Shown here: positions 45,057 to 54,209 of the stretch, one piece after another
Numbering within the stretch: the stretch's first letter is position 1
Layout: each line of letters opens with the position of its first letter
From: an uncultured delta proteobacterium
Lineage (GTDB): Bacteria > Myxococcota > Myxococcia > Myxococcales > Myxococcaceae
DNA length: 64,000 bases
Direction: 5' to 3'
Assembly (NCBI GenBank): GCA_963771175.1
Contig: CAVYSY010000039.1
Coordinates: 96,001-160,000, forward strand
The notes under the pieces: generated by a model
Told to the model about the DNA's origin: nothing
Database searches by the model: none
The model's input: only the letters and a program-made list of their open reading frames with translations
Position numbers and translations under genes: made by a program

Positions 45057-45125
45057 GGCCCGACCGACACCGGGCGTCGCAGAGGGTTTGCGGGCGGGGC
45101 GGGGCCGTGGAAAGGTGGCGGCCCC

Positions 45126-46826
45126 GTGCTCCTCCAGGATCTGAACCGCGTCCGGCAGATTGGGGTCATCGCAGCGCGCCACGGCTTCGGCGAGTGGCTC
45201 GAGCGCGCGGGCGTGTGGCGGCTGCTGGGGCGGCGCGAGAAGGTGGAAGTGTCTCCCGGAGGCCCAGCGCGCCACCACCGCGCGCCGCTTCCGGATGCTG
45301 CTCAACGACCTCGGCCCCACCTTCGTGAAGCTGGGGCAGATCCTCTCCACGCGCGCGGACCTGCTGCCGGCCGAGTTCATCGAGGAGCTGGCGACGCTGC
45401 AGGACCAGGTCGAGCCCTTCCCGCTGGAGGACATGTACGCGCAGATCCGCGAGTCGCTGGGCCGCGAGGCCTCCGGAGCTCTTCACGCAGATCGATCCCG
45501 AGCCGCTGGCGGCGGCGTCGCATCGCCCAGGTGCACCGGGCGCTGACGCTGGAGGGCGAGGAGGTGGTGGTGAAGGTGCAGCGGCCGGGGATCGCCGAGC
45601 AGATCGACTGCGGACCTCGTGGTGCTGCGCACGCTGGCGCGGCTGCTGGAGGCGGTGGTGGAGGAGACGGGCATCTACACGCCCACGGGGATCGTCGAGG
45701 AGTTCGACCGGGCCATCCACGAGGAGCTCGACTTCGTGAACGAGGCCTCGAACATCCGCGCCTTCCAGGAGAACCACCGCGACCGGCCGTACATGCAAGA
45801 TTCCGCGGGTGTACTCGGAGCTCAGCAGCCGGACGGTGCTGACGCTGGAGTTCATCCGGGGGGTGAAGATCAGCCAGGCGGAGCTGTCGCCGGAGGATCG
45901 CGAGCAGCTGGCGCGCCACATCGTGGACGCGAGCTTCCGCCAGCTCTTCGAGGACGGGCTGTTCCACGGCGACCCGCACCCGGGGAACATCCTGGTGCTG
46001 GAGGGCAACCGGCTCGCGCTGCTGGACTTCGGGGTGGTGGGCCGGCTGTCGCGCGCGATGCAGGAGACGCTGGTGATGCTGGTGCTGGCGGTGGCGCTGA
46101 AGGACAGCGACTCGGTGGCGCGCATCCTCTACCGGGTGGGCGTGCCGGACGCGCGGGCGAACCTGGTCGGCTTCCGCAACGACATCGAGGGACTGCTCGG
46201 GACCGCCACCTGCCGACGACGCTGGGCGAGGTGGACGCGCAGAGCCTGATGCGGGACCTGCTCGATCTGGCGGTGAAGTACCGCATCCGCATTCCCAAGG
46301 AGTACGCGCTGCTCAGCCGCGCGTCGGTGTCGACCGAGGGCATGCTGCGCAGCCCTGTACCCGGACCTGAACATCGTCGAGGTGGCGATGCCGTACGCCA
46401 AGGAGCTGCTGGCGGACCGGTACGATCCGAGGCAGCTGCAGGGCGGGCTGATGCGGACGCTGCTGCGCTTCCAGTCGCTGGCGGCGGATCTGCCCACGCA
46501 GCTGTCGCAGATCCTGTTGGATCTGGAGTCCGGGAAGTTCAGCGTGACGGTGCGGGCGGAGCAGTTCGACAAGCTGAACGACGAACCTGCGGAGCGCGGC
46601 GATCGTGATCGTTCCTGGGCCTGTGCGCCTGCGGGTTCATCGTGGGCGCGTTCATCTCCTTCGCCCAGACGCCGGTGACTGTACCGGCGGCGTGCCGGTG
46701 CTGGGCGTGCTGGGCGTGGCGATGTCGGCGGCGCTCTTCGGCGCGACCTTCACCTGGTACCTGTTCGGCAAACGCTTCGGGAAGGTGCGGGTGAGCCGCT
46801 GGCTCGCGAAGAAGCAGCGCCGGTAG
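45126..46826 (+). CDS. ABC1/UbiB/AarF-family atypical kinase (several frameshifts)
   Basis: LGPTFVKLGQILSTR, IAQVH, VVVKVQRPG, ELDF..EA, FHGDPHPGN, LDFG. Confidence 0.9.
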
Positions 46827-46872
46827 GTCCCCAGTGGAACGACTACGGGCCCCAGACAATTCGCGCTCTAAT

Positions 46873-47551
46873 ATGTTGGCACTCTACTACTACCGGGCAC
46901 GGAATACGAAGCTTGGACCCGATCGGGATCTTCGTGACGCGAGTTGCCGCCCCGACCCTGATTTCGACAGCCTATCACTAGGTCTCTGTCGTCCCAATTT
47001 GCGCGAGAAGATGGCGCGCTTGGCTCAGGGTCAGGAATCACTCGACGTGCTCTTCTACACAGGAACACCGTCTTCCACAGGTGAATTGCTGTTGGTGGCG
47101 CTTCTCCGAATCAGCGCCGTCTATCGCCAACACAATTCAGCACGTGCCGCGTTCGCTGGAGCTTTACCTCGAAACCTCATCGTTGCCGGCAATCCTTGCC
47201 TTCTCGGGACGACCATAGACCCCGCTACTCGGAAAAGCCGCCAACCACCAGCAAGCATCCTCCTGTAGATGTGCTCAGTGCGGATGTGTTCGGTACGCAA
47301 AGCGTTCAGGTACACCGTACCTTATCTTCGCACCACCTGGACCAGGAATGCTTCGTCTTGACGATCCAGTCGTGCTTCACCTCGACGCTCTGAATGCGCT
47401 CACTCCACACTATGTTCGTCAAAAGTGGCCAACGGGGCTCAATTATAAGAAGTTTCAGCAGGCTACCCAGAATGATGCGCACTGGTTCAAGCACCCTGGC
47501 GATGCCCAAGCGTTGAGGAACTATTTCCTCAACAGCGGCAGCTTCAAATGA
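46873..47551 (+). CDS. Lower-GC hypothetical protein, Nmad2-like N-terminus plus CxCxxCxC motif (one frameshift near 47235)
   Basis: PDPDFDSLSLGLCRPNLRE; a shifted frame is open from about 47237 (AANHQQASSCRCAQCGCVRY...) into the 47348-47551 ORF. Confidence 0.55.
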
Positions 47552-47615
47552 AGCTACATCCTGCTGGCAGAGACAACCAGCAGCAGTGCAATGGGTTTCT
47601 CCGAGGCAGGAGTGC

Positions 47616-47656
47616 GACGTCCTGCGGCAGGTATAGCGGGGTCTCCAGGCGGGGCT
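47616..47656 (+). repeat. 41-bp dispersed direct repeat of 51071-51111
   Basis: gacgtcctgcggcaggta(t/c)agcggggtctccaggcggggct, 40/41 identical. Confidence 0.92.
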
Positions 47657-47777
47657 CGCCCATGGAGCGTGCGGTGAGCACCCTTCAGGTCCGAAACACG
47701 GACACGACTCAGAGAAACCTCCACTCGTACCACTCCTCCCCCTAACATGCTCGCCTACTCGCGTTGCGAGGTGACAC

Positions 47778-49124
47778 ATGATCTTGCGTCAGGCAGGGGC
47801 AATCTTGCTCGCCGTGCTTCTTGGGTGCAGCAGCACTCAGCGGGTGGTCCGCCTGGAGACCAGGGAGGGTGAAACCATCGTCCACATTCCCCTCACCGCT
47901 GAAGTGGAGCCGGTGAGGTTGTCGCCAGAAGAGGTCTCGGAGTCCCTCAAGAGACTGGCGGTGGAAGTGCGACTGCTCACCACTCCTCGGGAAACCGTGC
48001 GGAGGATGTTCCAACTCGACGCGCTCAGCGGCGATTACCTGTACCTGCTCCGAGACAGGAAGCTGGTGCCAACAGGAGGAGGCACTCCGCTGGATGGGGC
48101 CTTGACGAAGGAGGAGGAGAAACTCACGCGCGACTACAAGGGCTGGTGTCAACGCGCGTACCGGTTCGACGGCGACTGCCTGGGAGGCGCGCTGGTTGGA
48201 GATCGCTACCTAGATATGCATGGCCGCTACGTCCTGGCACTGGCCCTGAGCAAGAGTCCCGTGCTGGACGAGATGAAGATCGCACTGGGCGAGATGGTGA
48301 GCTTCCAGGCCATCATGAGCGCAGCGCTCTGGACGGTCGGCACGCTGATGATCTTGCTGGCATTGCCCGAGCCAGTGACCAAGCTACTGGCGGCGTCAAT
48401 GGCCACTGTTCTGATTCTCTGGGTGGGCGTCGATACTCTCTACAACCTGATCACCGGCTGGCTCCAACTGATGCAGGAGGTGAAGGAGGCCACCACGTTC
48501 GCGGAAATTCGCAAGGCGGGCGAGCGCTACGGCAAGGTGATAGGGCGCGACGCGGCACGGGTGTTCGCCATGCTGGCGGTGGCGGCCATCAATCAGACGG
48601 CGCAAGGGTTCGCGGCGAAGGTGCAGACGCTGCCCGGCTCAGCTCAGGCGGCAATGCAGGCCGAAGCGCAGGGAGGAATCTGGCTGCCAGCAGTGGCCGA
48701 GGTGCAGGAGGTTGCGGTCACTGCCGAAGGATTCCGTGTGGTGCTACCACCGGGCGCGGTGGCGATGGCGGCGCGTCAGGGGCGCGGCAACCGCGTCGAA
48801 GATCACCACATCGGAACCATCGCAAATGAGATCTCCACCGCGCGCGGTGGCCCCTGGACACCGAGACTCAAGAAGCTGTACGCCAGGGCGGGAATGCGGC
48901 TGCAGGATCCTGAAAACATCGTGCCTGTCGAGGGGCACAGGGGTCCTCACCCTGAGAGATATCATCGAATCGTCTACAAGCGATTGAACGAGGTGATGGG
49001 CGGCTGTCGCAGCATCGAGGTGTGCCGGGTCAAGCTGACGCGAGCGCTCGAAAAGCTGGCCGAGGAGATCGCCACTCCTGGCTCGGAACTGAACCAACTC
49101 GTGACCAAGGGAAAGCCGCGATAA
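47778..49124 (+). CDS. SitA5-like lipoprotein polymorphic toxin with C-terminal AHH (HNH-fold) nuclease
   Basis: GAGGTG RBS; lipobox LLGC; RVVRLET; WC..GDCL; LPEPVTK hydrophobic hairpin; EDHHI..GPWTP..DPENIV..HRGPHPERYH. Confidence 0.85.
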   Translation: MILRQAGAILLAVLLGCSSTQRVVRLETREGETIVHIPLTAEVEPVRLSPEEVSESLKRLAVEVRLLTTPRETVRRMFQLDALSGDYLYLLRDRKLVPTGGGTPLDGALTKEEEKLTRDYKGWCQRAYRFDGDCLGGALVGDRYLDMHGRYVLALALSKSPVLDEMKIALGEMVSFQAIMSAALWTVGTLMILLALPEPVTKLLAASMATVLILWVGVDTLYNLITGWLQLMQEVKEATTFAEIRKAGERYGKVIGRDAARVFAMLAVAAINQTAQGFAAKVQTLPGSAQAAMQAEAQGGIWLPAVAEVQEVAVTAEGFRVVLPPGAVAMAARQGRGNRVEDHHIGTIANEISTARGGPWTPRLKKLYARAGMRLQDPENIVPVEGHRGPHPERYHRIVYKRLNEVMGGCRSIEVCRVKLTRALEKLAEEIATPGSELNQLVTKGKPR

Positions 49125-49133
49125 GAGATACCG

Positions 49134-49699
49134 ATGCCCAAGCGATTCTTCGAACTGTATGACGATGTCGATGTCCCGCGTCGCTGGCACCTGGACACTC
49201 CCATCGATAGCAAAGGCCGCGAGGTGAACGATTGGGAGTTCAAGACGGGAAAGCCCATGAGAATCAAGGGCCGTTTGAGAATCCCTGTCGAGATCGCGGG
49301 CAGGCCGTTGGATTTCTCCGAGGCGGGATTGATGGTCCCGGTCGTTCACGTCAAGGTGGCATCCGTGCTGAAGGAACTGGCCCCCGACGACGTGCAGCTC
49401 ATCCCTGTGGACATCGAGGGGCAGCCAGATCAATACCTCATTCTCGTGGCGACACGTCTCATCCGGTGCATCGACGAGAGAGCCTCCAAGGTGCAGTTCT
49501 GGCGGCCCGAGGATGGCCTCCCCGACATGGTCGGACGAGTATTACGCTGTGGATGACCTGCACATCGACAAGGCGAAGGTTGGGAACGCCAAGGTGTTTC
49601 AGTCCCGAAGGATGGGAGGTCACCCTGATCGTCTCGGGCGATATCAAGGAAGCCATGGAGCGCATGGGGACCACTGGGGCAAAATTCGAGGAGGTGTAG
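49134..49699 (+). CDS. Imm11/DUF1629-like immunity protein (frameshifts near 49535-49605)
   Basis: Immediately follows the toxin; RWHL..P, GRPLDFS, PDDVQLIPV, IRCIDE, LIVS..IKEAME..GTTGAKFEEV. Confidence 0.8.
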
Positions 49700-49712
49700 C
49701 TGCCTTACGACG

Positions 49713-50132
49713 TCACCGCGCGGCGCAGAGCCCGTCGCGCTCCGCGCCGCAGGTCGCATGGCACGCGGCGCACTTGCGCAGGTCGCCGTCCTCGAGCACC
49801 TCGCGCTCCACGGACAGCTTCTGCCACCGCCACGCGCCCCCCTCCTTGCGCATGGCGGTGAGCCCCCTCGGCGTCCGGCAGCCGGGCTCGAGGAACTCTT
49901 CCTTCACCACCGTGGCCCCGTCCGGCAGCGCGCCCCCTGCCCCATCCCCGTAGGCCGCCGCCGCCATTCCGTCCGCTCGCACCCGGACGAATTGCAGCTC
50001 GTGCTCCGCGCTCTCCTGGCAGGGCCGCACCTCGGCCCACGCGGTGCGGAAATCCGCCGGTACCACCGGCTCCGGTCCGCCTCCACACCCGGCGAGCACC
50101 AGCCCCCACGCCGCCAGACAGGGCCTCCTCAC
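49713..50132 (-). CDS. Cytochrome P460/c'-beta-family lipoprotein
   Basis: Lipobox LAGC; LPDGATVVKE, AMRK, WRW, C-terminal CAACH heme motif. Confidence 0.75.
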   Translation of the reverse strand: MRRPCLAAWGLVLAGCGGGPEPVVPADFRTAWAEVRPCQESAEHELQFVRVRADGMAAAAYGDGAGGALPDGATVVKEEFLEPGCRTPRGLTAMRKEGGAWRWQKLSVEREVLEDGDLRKCAACHATCGAERDGLCAAR

Positions 50133-51247
50133 GGCCTCACCACGCGGACGCGGTGATTGTACGTGTCCGCGATGTAGAGCGTGCCATCCCTGCCCACCTC
50201 GATGCCAAAGGGCCTGGAGAGCCGCGCCGACGTCGCCGGCCCGTTATCCCCCGCGTTCCCCGCCTCGCCGCACACCCCGGCCACCGTGTGGATGAGGCCG
50301 TCCGGCGTCACCTTCCGCACGCACGAGTGGTCCGTGTCCGCGATGTACAGCGAGCCGTCCGCGCCGAGCGCCACATCCGTGGGCCGGGCCAGCCGCGCCT
50401 GCACCGCCGGCACGCCCTCGCCAATGTCCCCCTCCTCCGCTCCCGAGCCCGCCACCGTGGTGATGGTCCCGTCCGGCATCACCTTGCGCACCCGCTGGTT
50501 GCCCGAATCCGCGATGTAGAGGTTGCCCTGCGCGTCCATGGCGATCTTCCCGGACGGCGACGCCGCCTGCCCCGCAGGCCCCTGCAGCATCGCCCCGAGG
50601 GCCGGGCCTCCATCGCCGCCGAAGCCCGCCTCGCCCGTGCCCACCACGGTGGTGATGACGCCCTGGGTGTCCACTCGCCGCACCCGCTGGTTCGCCTGGT
50701 CCGCGATGTACATCGAGCCATCCGGCCCGAAGACCGTGGCCACCGGCAGGTCCAGGATGGCCGTCACCGCCGGCCCTCCGTCCCCGCCGAACGAGCGCTT
50801 GCCCGTCCCGGCGATCGTCTCCATCTGCCCCGTGCCCAGATCCATCCGCATCACCTTCGAGTTGTGCCAGGCGCTCAGGATGAGTCGGCCCTGAGGGTCG
50901 AAGGAGATGTGCGTGGGGTGGTTGAGGCCGATGTGGTGCGCGTGGCCGTCCAGGGCATCGCCGAGCTCGCCGGTGCCGATCACCGTCTCCACCGTCTCGT
51001 CCGGCTTCACCACGCGCACACGGTGGTTGTTCCAGTCCATCACCCAGATCCGCTCATCCGGCCCCACGGTGACGTCCTGCGGCAGGTACAGCGGGGTCTC
51101 CAGGCGGGGCTGGCCATCCTCTCCGAGCCCCGCGAAACCCGTCCCCATGTAGGTGCAGATGGTGCCCGAGGTCTTCGGGCAGGGATCCTCCTCGCCACAA
51201 CCCGACAGCGCGAGGAGGAGCAGCGGCAGTGCACGAGTCGTCTTCAT
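50129..51247 (-). CDS. NHL-repeat beta-propeller lipoprotein
   Basis: MKTTRALPLLLLALSGC; repeated G.LYIAD..N.RVR and GDGGPA. Confidence 0.9.
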   Translation of the reverse strand: MKTTRALPLLLLALSGCGEEDPCPKTSGTICTYMGTGFAGLGEDGQPRLETPLYLPQDVTVGPDERIWVMDWNNHRVRVVKPDETVETVIGTGELGDALDGHAHHIGLNHPTHISFDPQGRLILSAWHNSKVMRMDLGTGQMETIAGTGKRSFGGDGGPAVTAILDLPVATVFGPDGSMYIADQANQRVRRVDTQGVITTVVGTGEAGFGGDGGPALGAMLQGPAGQAASPSGKIAMDAQGNLYIADSGNQRVRKVMPDGTITTVAGSGAEEGDIGEGVPAVQARLARPTDVALGADGSLYIADTDHSCVRKVTPDGLIHTVAGVCGEAGNAGDNGPATSARLSRPFGIEVGRDGTLYIADTYNHRVRVVRP

Positions 51248-52404
51248 TTCAGGGCCTCCGCCGGGACTCGGCGAATGCGATGGTTGTAGGTGTCCGCGAT
51301 GTAGAGGTTGCCTTCCGGGTCCAGCTCGATGCCAAAGGGCCGGGCGAGCTGCGCCTCCCGTGGCGCATCCCCGTCCCCGGTGAAGCCTCGCGTCCCCGTG
51401 CCCACCACCGTGCTCAGCCGGCCCGTCTCGGGATCCAGCCGGCGCACCACGTGGTTGTCCGTGTCCGCGATGTACAGCCGCCCCTTCGCGTCCACCGCCA
51501 GATCTCTCGGGGCGTTGAGGGTCGCTTCCTGCGCGGCGGCCTCGGGAACGCTCGGACCGGAGACGCCCGTACCCGCCACCGTGCGGATGACTCCCGTGGA
51601 CAGGTCCACCGCTCGAATGCGGTGGTTGTCCGTGTCCGCGATGTAGAGCGTCCCCTTCCCGTCCAGCGCCACCGCCCCCCCGGGCTGCGGGTTGCCTCCC
51701 GTGGGGAAGGACAGCTTCGCCTCGCGCGCGGGGCCACCGTCGCCGCCGTAGCCCTTCTCCCCCGTGCCCACCACGGTGTCCACCGTGCCGTCCGGGGAGA
51801 TGCGCCGCACCCGCTGGTTGCGTTGATCCAGCACGTACACCGTGCCATCCGCCGCCACCGCGGCGCTCTTGGGCTGATCCATCAACGCCGCGCCCACCGG
51901 CCCCTCGTCGCCACGGAAGCCCGGTCCCGCGCCGCACAGCACGTGCACTCGGCCGGTGGTCGGGTCCCACGTACGCAACTTGTGGTTGTGCCAGGCCACC
52001 AGCAGCCCCGTGCCGTCCGGGAGGAAGGTGATGCCCGTGGGGTGGTTGAGGTTGACGGTGGTTCCGAGCGCCCCCTCGGCACGGAGATCACTCAGGTCCT
52101 CCGGCCCGTCACCGATGGTGGCCGTGCCGATGACGGTGGTCACCGTCCCGTCCGCCTCCACGCGGCGCACGCGGTGGTTGTTCCAGTCCATCACGTAGGC
52201 CCGGCCGTCCGGACCGAAGGTGAGATCCATGGGCCAGTAGAGGTGGGTGGCCTCGCGAGCGAGCCCATCGCCATTGAAGGCTGCCTGTCCGGTGCCAGCC
52301 CAGGTGCAGACGTGATCCGGCCCACAGCCGTCACCGCCGCAGCCCGAGAGCGCTGGCACGCCCAGCCCCAGGGACATGAGAAGAAATGCGGAAAATCGTT
52401 TCAT
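51244..52404 (-). CDS. NHL-repeat beta-propeller lipoprotein (paralog of the next gene)
   Basis: Lipobox LSGC; MDWNNHRVRRV, LNHPT, AWHN.K, LYIADTYNHRIR shared with the paralog. Confidence 0.9.
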   Translation of the reverse strand: MKRFSAFLLMSLGLGVPALSGCGGDGCGPDHVCTWAGTGQAAFNGDGLAREATHLYWPMDLTFGPDGRAYVMDWNNHRVRRVEADGTVTTVIGTATIGDGPEDLSDLRAEGALGTTVNLNHPTGITFLPDGTGLLVAWHNHKLRTWDPTTGRVHVLCGAGPGFRGDEGPVGAALMDQPKSAAVAADGTVYVLDQRNQRVRRISPDGTVDTVVGTGEKGYGGDGGPAREAKLSFPTGGNPQPGGAVALDGKGTLYIADTDNHRIRAVDLSTGVIRTVAGTGVSGPSVPEAAAQEATLNAPRDLAVDAKGRLYIADTDNHVVRRLDPETGRLSTVVGTGTRGFTGDGDAPREAQLARPFGIELDPEGNLYIADTYNHRIRRVPAEALK

Positions 52405-52417
52405 GGGAAGACCCCCA

Positions 52418-52441
52418 CCCCCACTCCCGAAGGAGTGGGGG
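52418..52441 (-). promoter_or_regulatory. Intercistronic 10-bp hairpin with C(UUCG)G tetraloop
   Basis: Minus strand reads CCCCCACTCC-TTCG-GGAGTGGGGG; no following U-tract. Confidence 0.6.
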
Positions 52442-52459
52442 CCTGCTTCGAGTCAGACC

Positions 52460-54079
52460 TCAGTTGCGGCGACGGCGCAGGCTCCACGCGCCGAACACCA
52501 GGGCCAGCATCGCCGCCGAGCTCGCGTCCGTGGCACCACAGCCGCAGCTCCCCACCACGCCGCCACCCAGGTCCTCGATGACGCCCATGATGAGCGGGCT
52601 GTTGTCCTGGATGACGGCCGGCGCGCCCACGTCGCTGTACTGCTCCACGCGCTCCGCGTTGGGTCCCTGGTTGATGGGCTGGTTGAACTTCGTGAAGAAG
52701 AAGCGCCCGTCCGGCAGCTCGATACGCACCTCGCGCTTCGAGAAGTCATCCTGGCAGGACTCGTAGCGGGCCTTGGCGGTGAAGACGTTGGAGACGTCCG
52801 CCGCGTCCGCGTTGAACTCGAAGTCCGGATCCACCGTCATCTCCTCGGCGGACATGGTGGTGTAGAGGCGCGTGAGGTACGGGTGCGCATTGAGCAGCGC
52901 CACGGCCGCCTTCATCGGCTGCACCACCTGCGCCTCCAGCTCCTTCGCGAAGGCCTGCGCGTCGAAGGGCGCCCGCCCCGGATCCGAGTCGATGGCCGAC
53001 CGGTAGAAGCTCAGGCTGTTGTAGAACTGCATCTCGTTCACGCCCTGTTGCACGAGCGACGCCGGAATGGGGATGTACTTGCGCAGCAGGCTCTGCACCG
53101 TCGGGTCTCCCGTGAAGCCCTGGGAGATCATCGCGTTGCCGAAGTCCACCGGGTGCGAATAGCCCGCGAGCGCCGCGGTGTCGTAGCTCCGGTTGTTCAT
53201 CATCGCGAAGTTCTGCCCGAAGGACACGGCGCTCCCGGCGAACTCGGTGAGGAAGGCGCGACCGCCGGCCTCGTCCACCGCCGCCGTGGCCACCTGCGGG
53301 TAGTTCCGCCCACCCGACAGCCAGTCCACGCGCGTGGGGTTGATGAGCACGTGCCGATAGTTCATCGGAATGGCGCGCTTCTCCGACAGCACGTAGGCGA
53401 TGATCGGCATGTCCGGGCGCGCGGCGATCGCCGTGAGTCGGATGGGGATGCAGGGCCGGTTGCCCTCGAACTTCACCACCACGGGCCGCAGGTCCCCCAC
53501 TCCCTTGTCCTGCTGCAGCTTGAGGGCGATGAAGTAGTAGCCGTTGCCCACGTACGGCTCGAGCGCCTTCGTGGTGGTCTCGGGGATGTCGTAGCCGTTG
53601 GTGGTGAGCCAGGTGCGCAGCGCCACCGCGTCGTCCGCGGTGAGGGTGGCCGCGTCATAGGGCCCCACGTCCTCGCGAGACACCACCACCACCCCGCCGT
53701 CGGCGGGCGGGCTGCCGGTGGTCGGCGCGCCCTCCGCCATGTCCGGAATGCCGCCGCGGAAGATGGGCTGGCACGAGGGCTCCCACTGGAGCTGGAACCG
53801 GGGCTGCGTCACCTGATCCAGGTAGGTGAAGAGCTGTGCCGAGCCGATGCTCAGCGTGGGCTGGGCCTGCACCGGCACCACCCAGGCGAACTTCCTGGCA
53901 TCGCCCTGGTATTGGATCTGGATGTGAGCCTCGACCGCGTTGCCGCTGACGCCGAAGACGATCCGCTCCCCGGCCTGATCGATGGGCACCTGGGCACAGA
54001 AGAAACCACCGCACGCCTCGGCCCGGGGCGCGGACAACAGCCCCACGGCGAGGAGTGCTCCGAGTACCGCGTAACGCAT
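52460..54079 (-). CDS. DUF2330-domain surface protein with MYXO-CTERM-like sorting tail
   Basis: AEACGGFFC..IDQAGERIVF, IQYQG..FAWVVPV, IPIRLTAIAA; ends GCGA..hydrophobic..RRRRN. Confidence 0.88.
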   Translation of the reverse strand: MRYAVLGALLAVGLLSAPRAEACGGFFCAQVPIDQAGERIVFGVSGNAVEAHIQIQYQGDARKFAWVVPVQAQPTLSIGSAQLFTYLDQVTQPRFQLQWEPSCQPIFRGGIPDMAEGAPTTGSPPADGGVVVVSREDVGPYDAATLTADDAVALRTWLTTNGYDIPETTTKALEPYVGNGYYFIALKLQQDKGVGDLRPVVVKFEGNRPCIPIRLTAIAARPDMPIIAYVLSEKRAIPMNYRHVLINPTRVDWLSGGRNYPQVATAAVDEAGGRAFLTEFAGSAVSFGQNFAMMNNRSYDTAALAGYSHPVDFGNAMISQGFTGDPTVQSLLRKYIPIPASLVQQGVNEMQFYNSLSFYRSAIDSDPGRAPFDAQAFAKELEAQVVQPMKAAVALLNAHPYLTRLYTTMSAEEMTVDPDFEFNADAADVSNVFTAKARYESCQDDFSKREVRIELPDGRFFFTKFNQPINQGPNAERVEQYSDVGAPAVIQDNSPLIMGVIEDLGGGVVGSCGCGATDASSAAMLALVFGAWSLRRRRN

Positions 54080-54209
54080 GTGAACCCCCTTGGAGGAAAG
54101 CGCGGGGGCGCATTGCAAGCGGTCGGCCGAGCTTCAACCCCGCGACTTCACAGGCCTCGGGGGACGCGGGCCCCTCAAAAATCCACGAGGAGCCCGCGAA
54201 TCCACGGCG

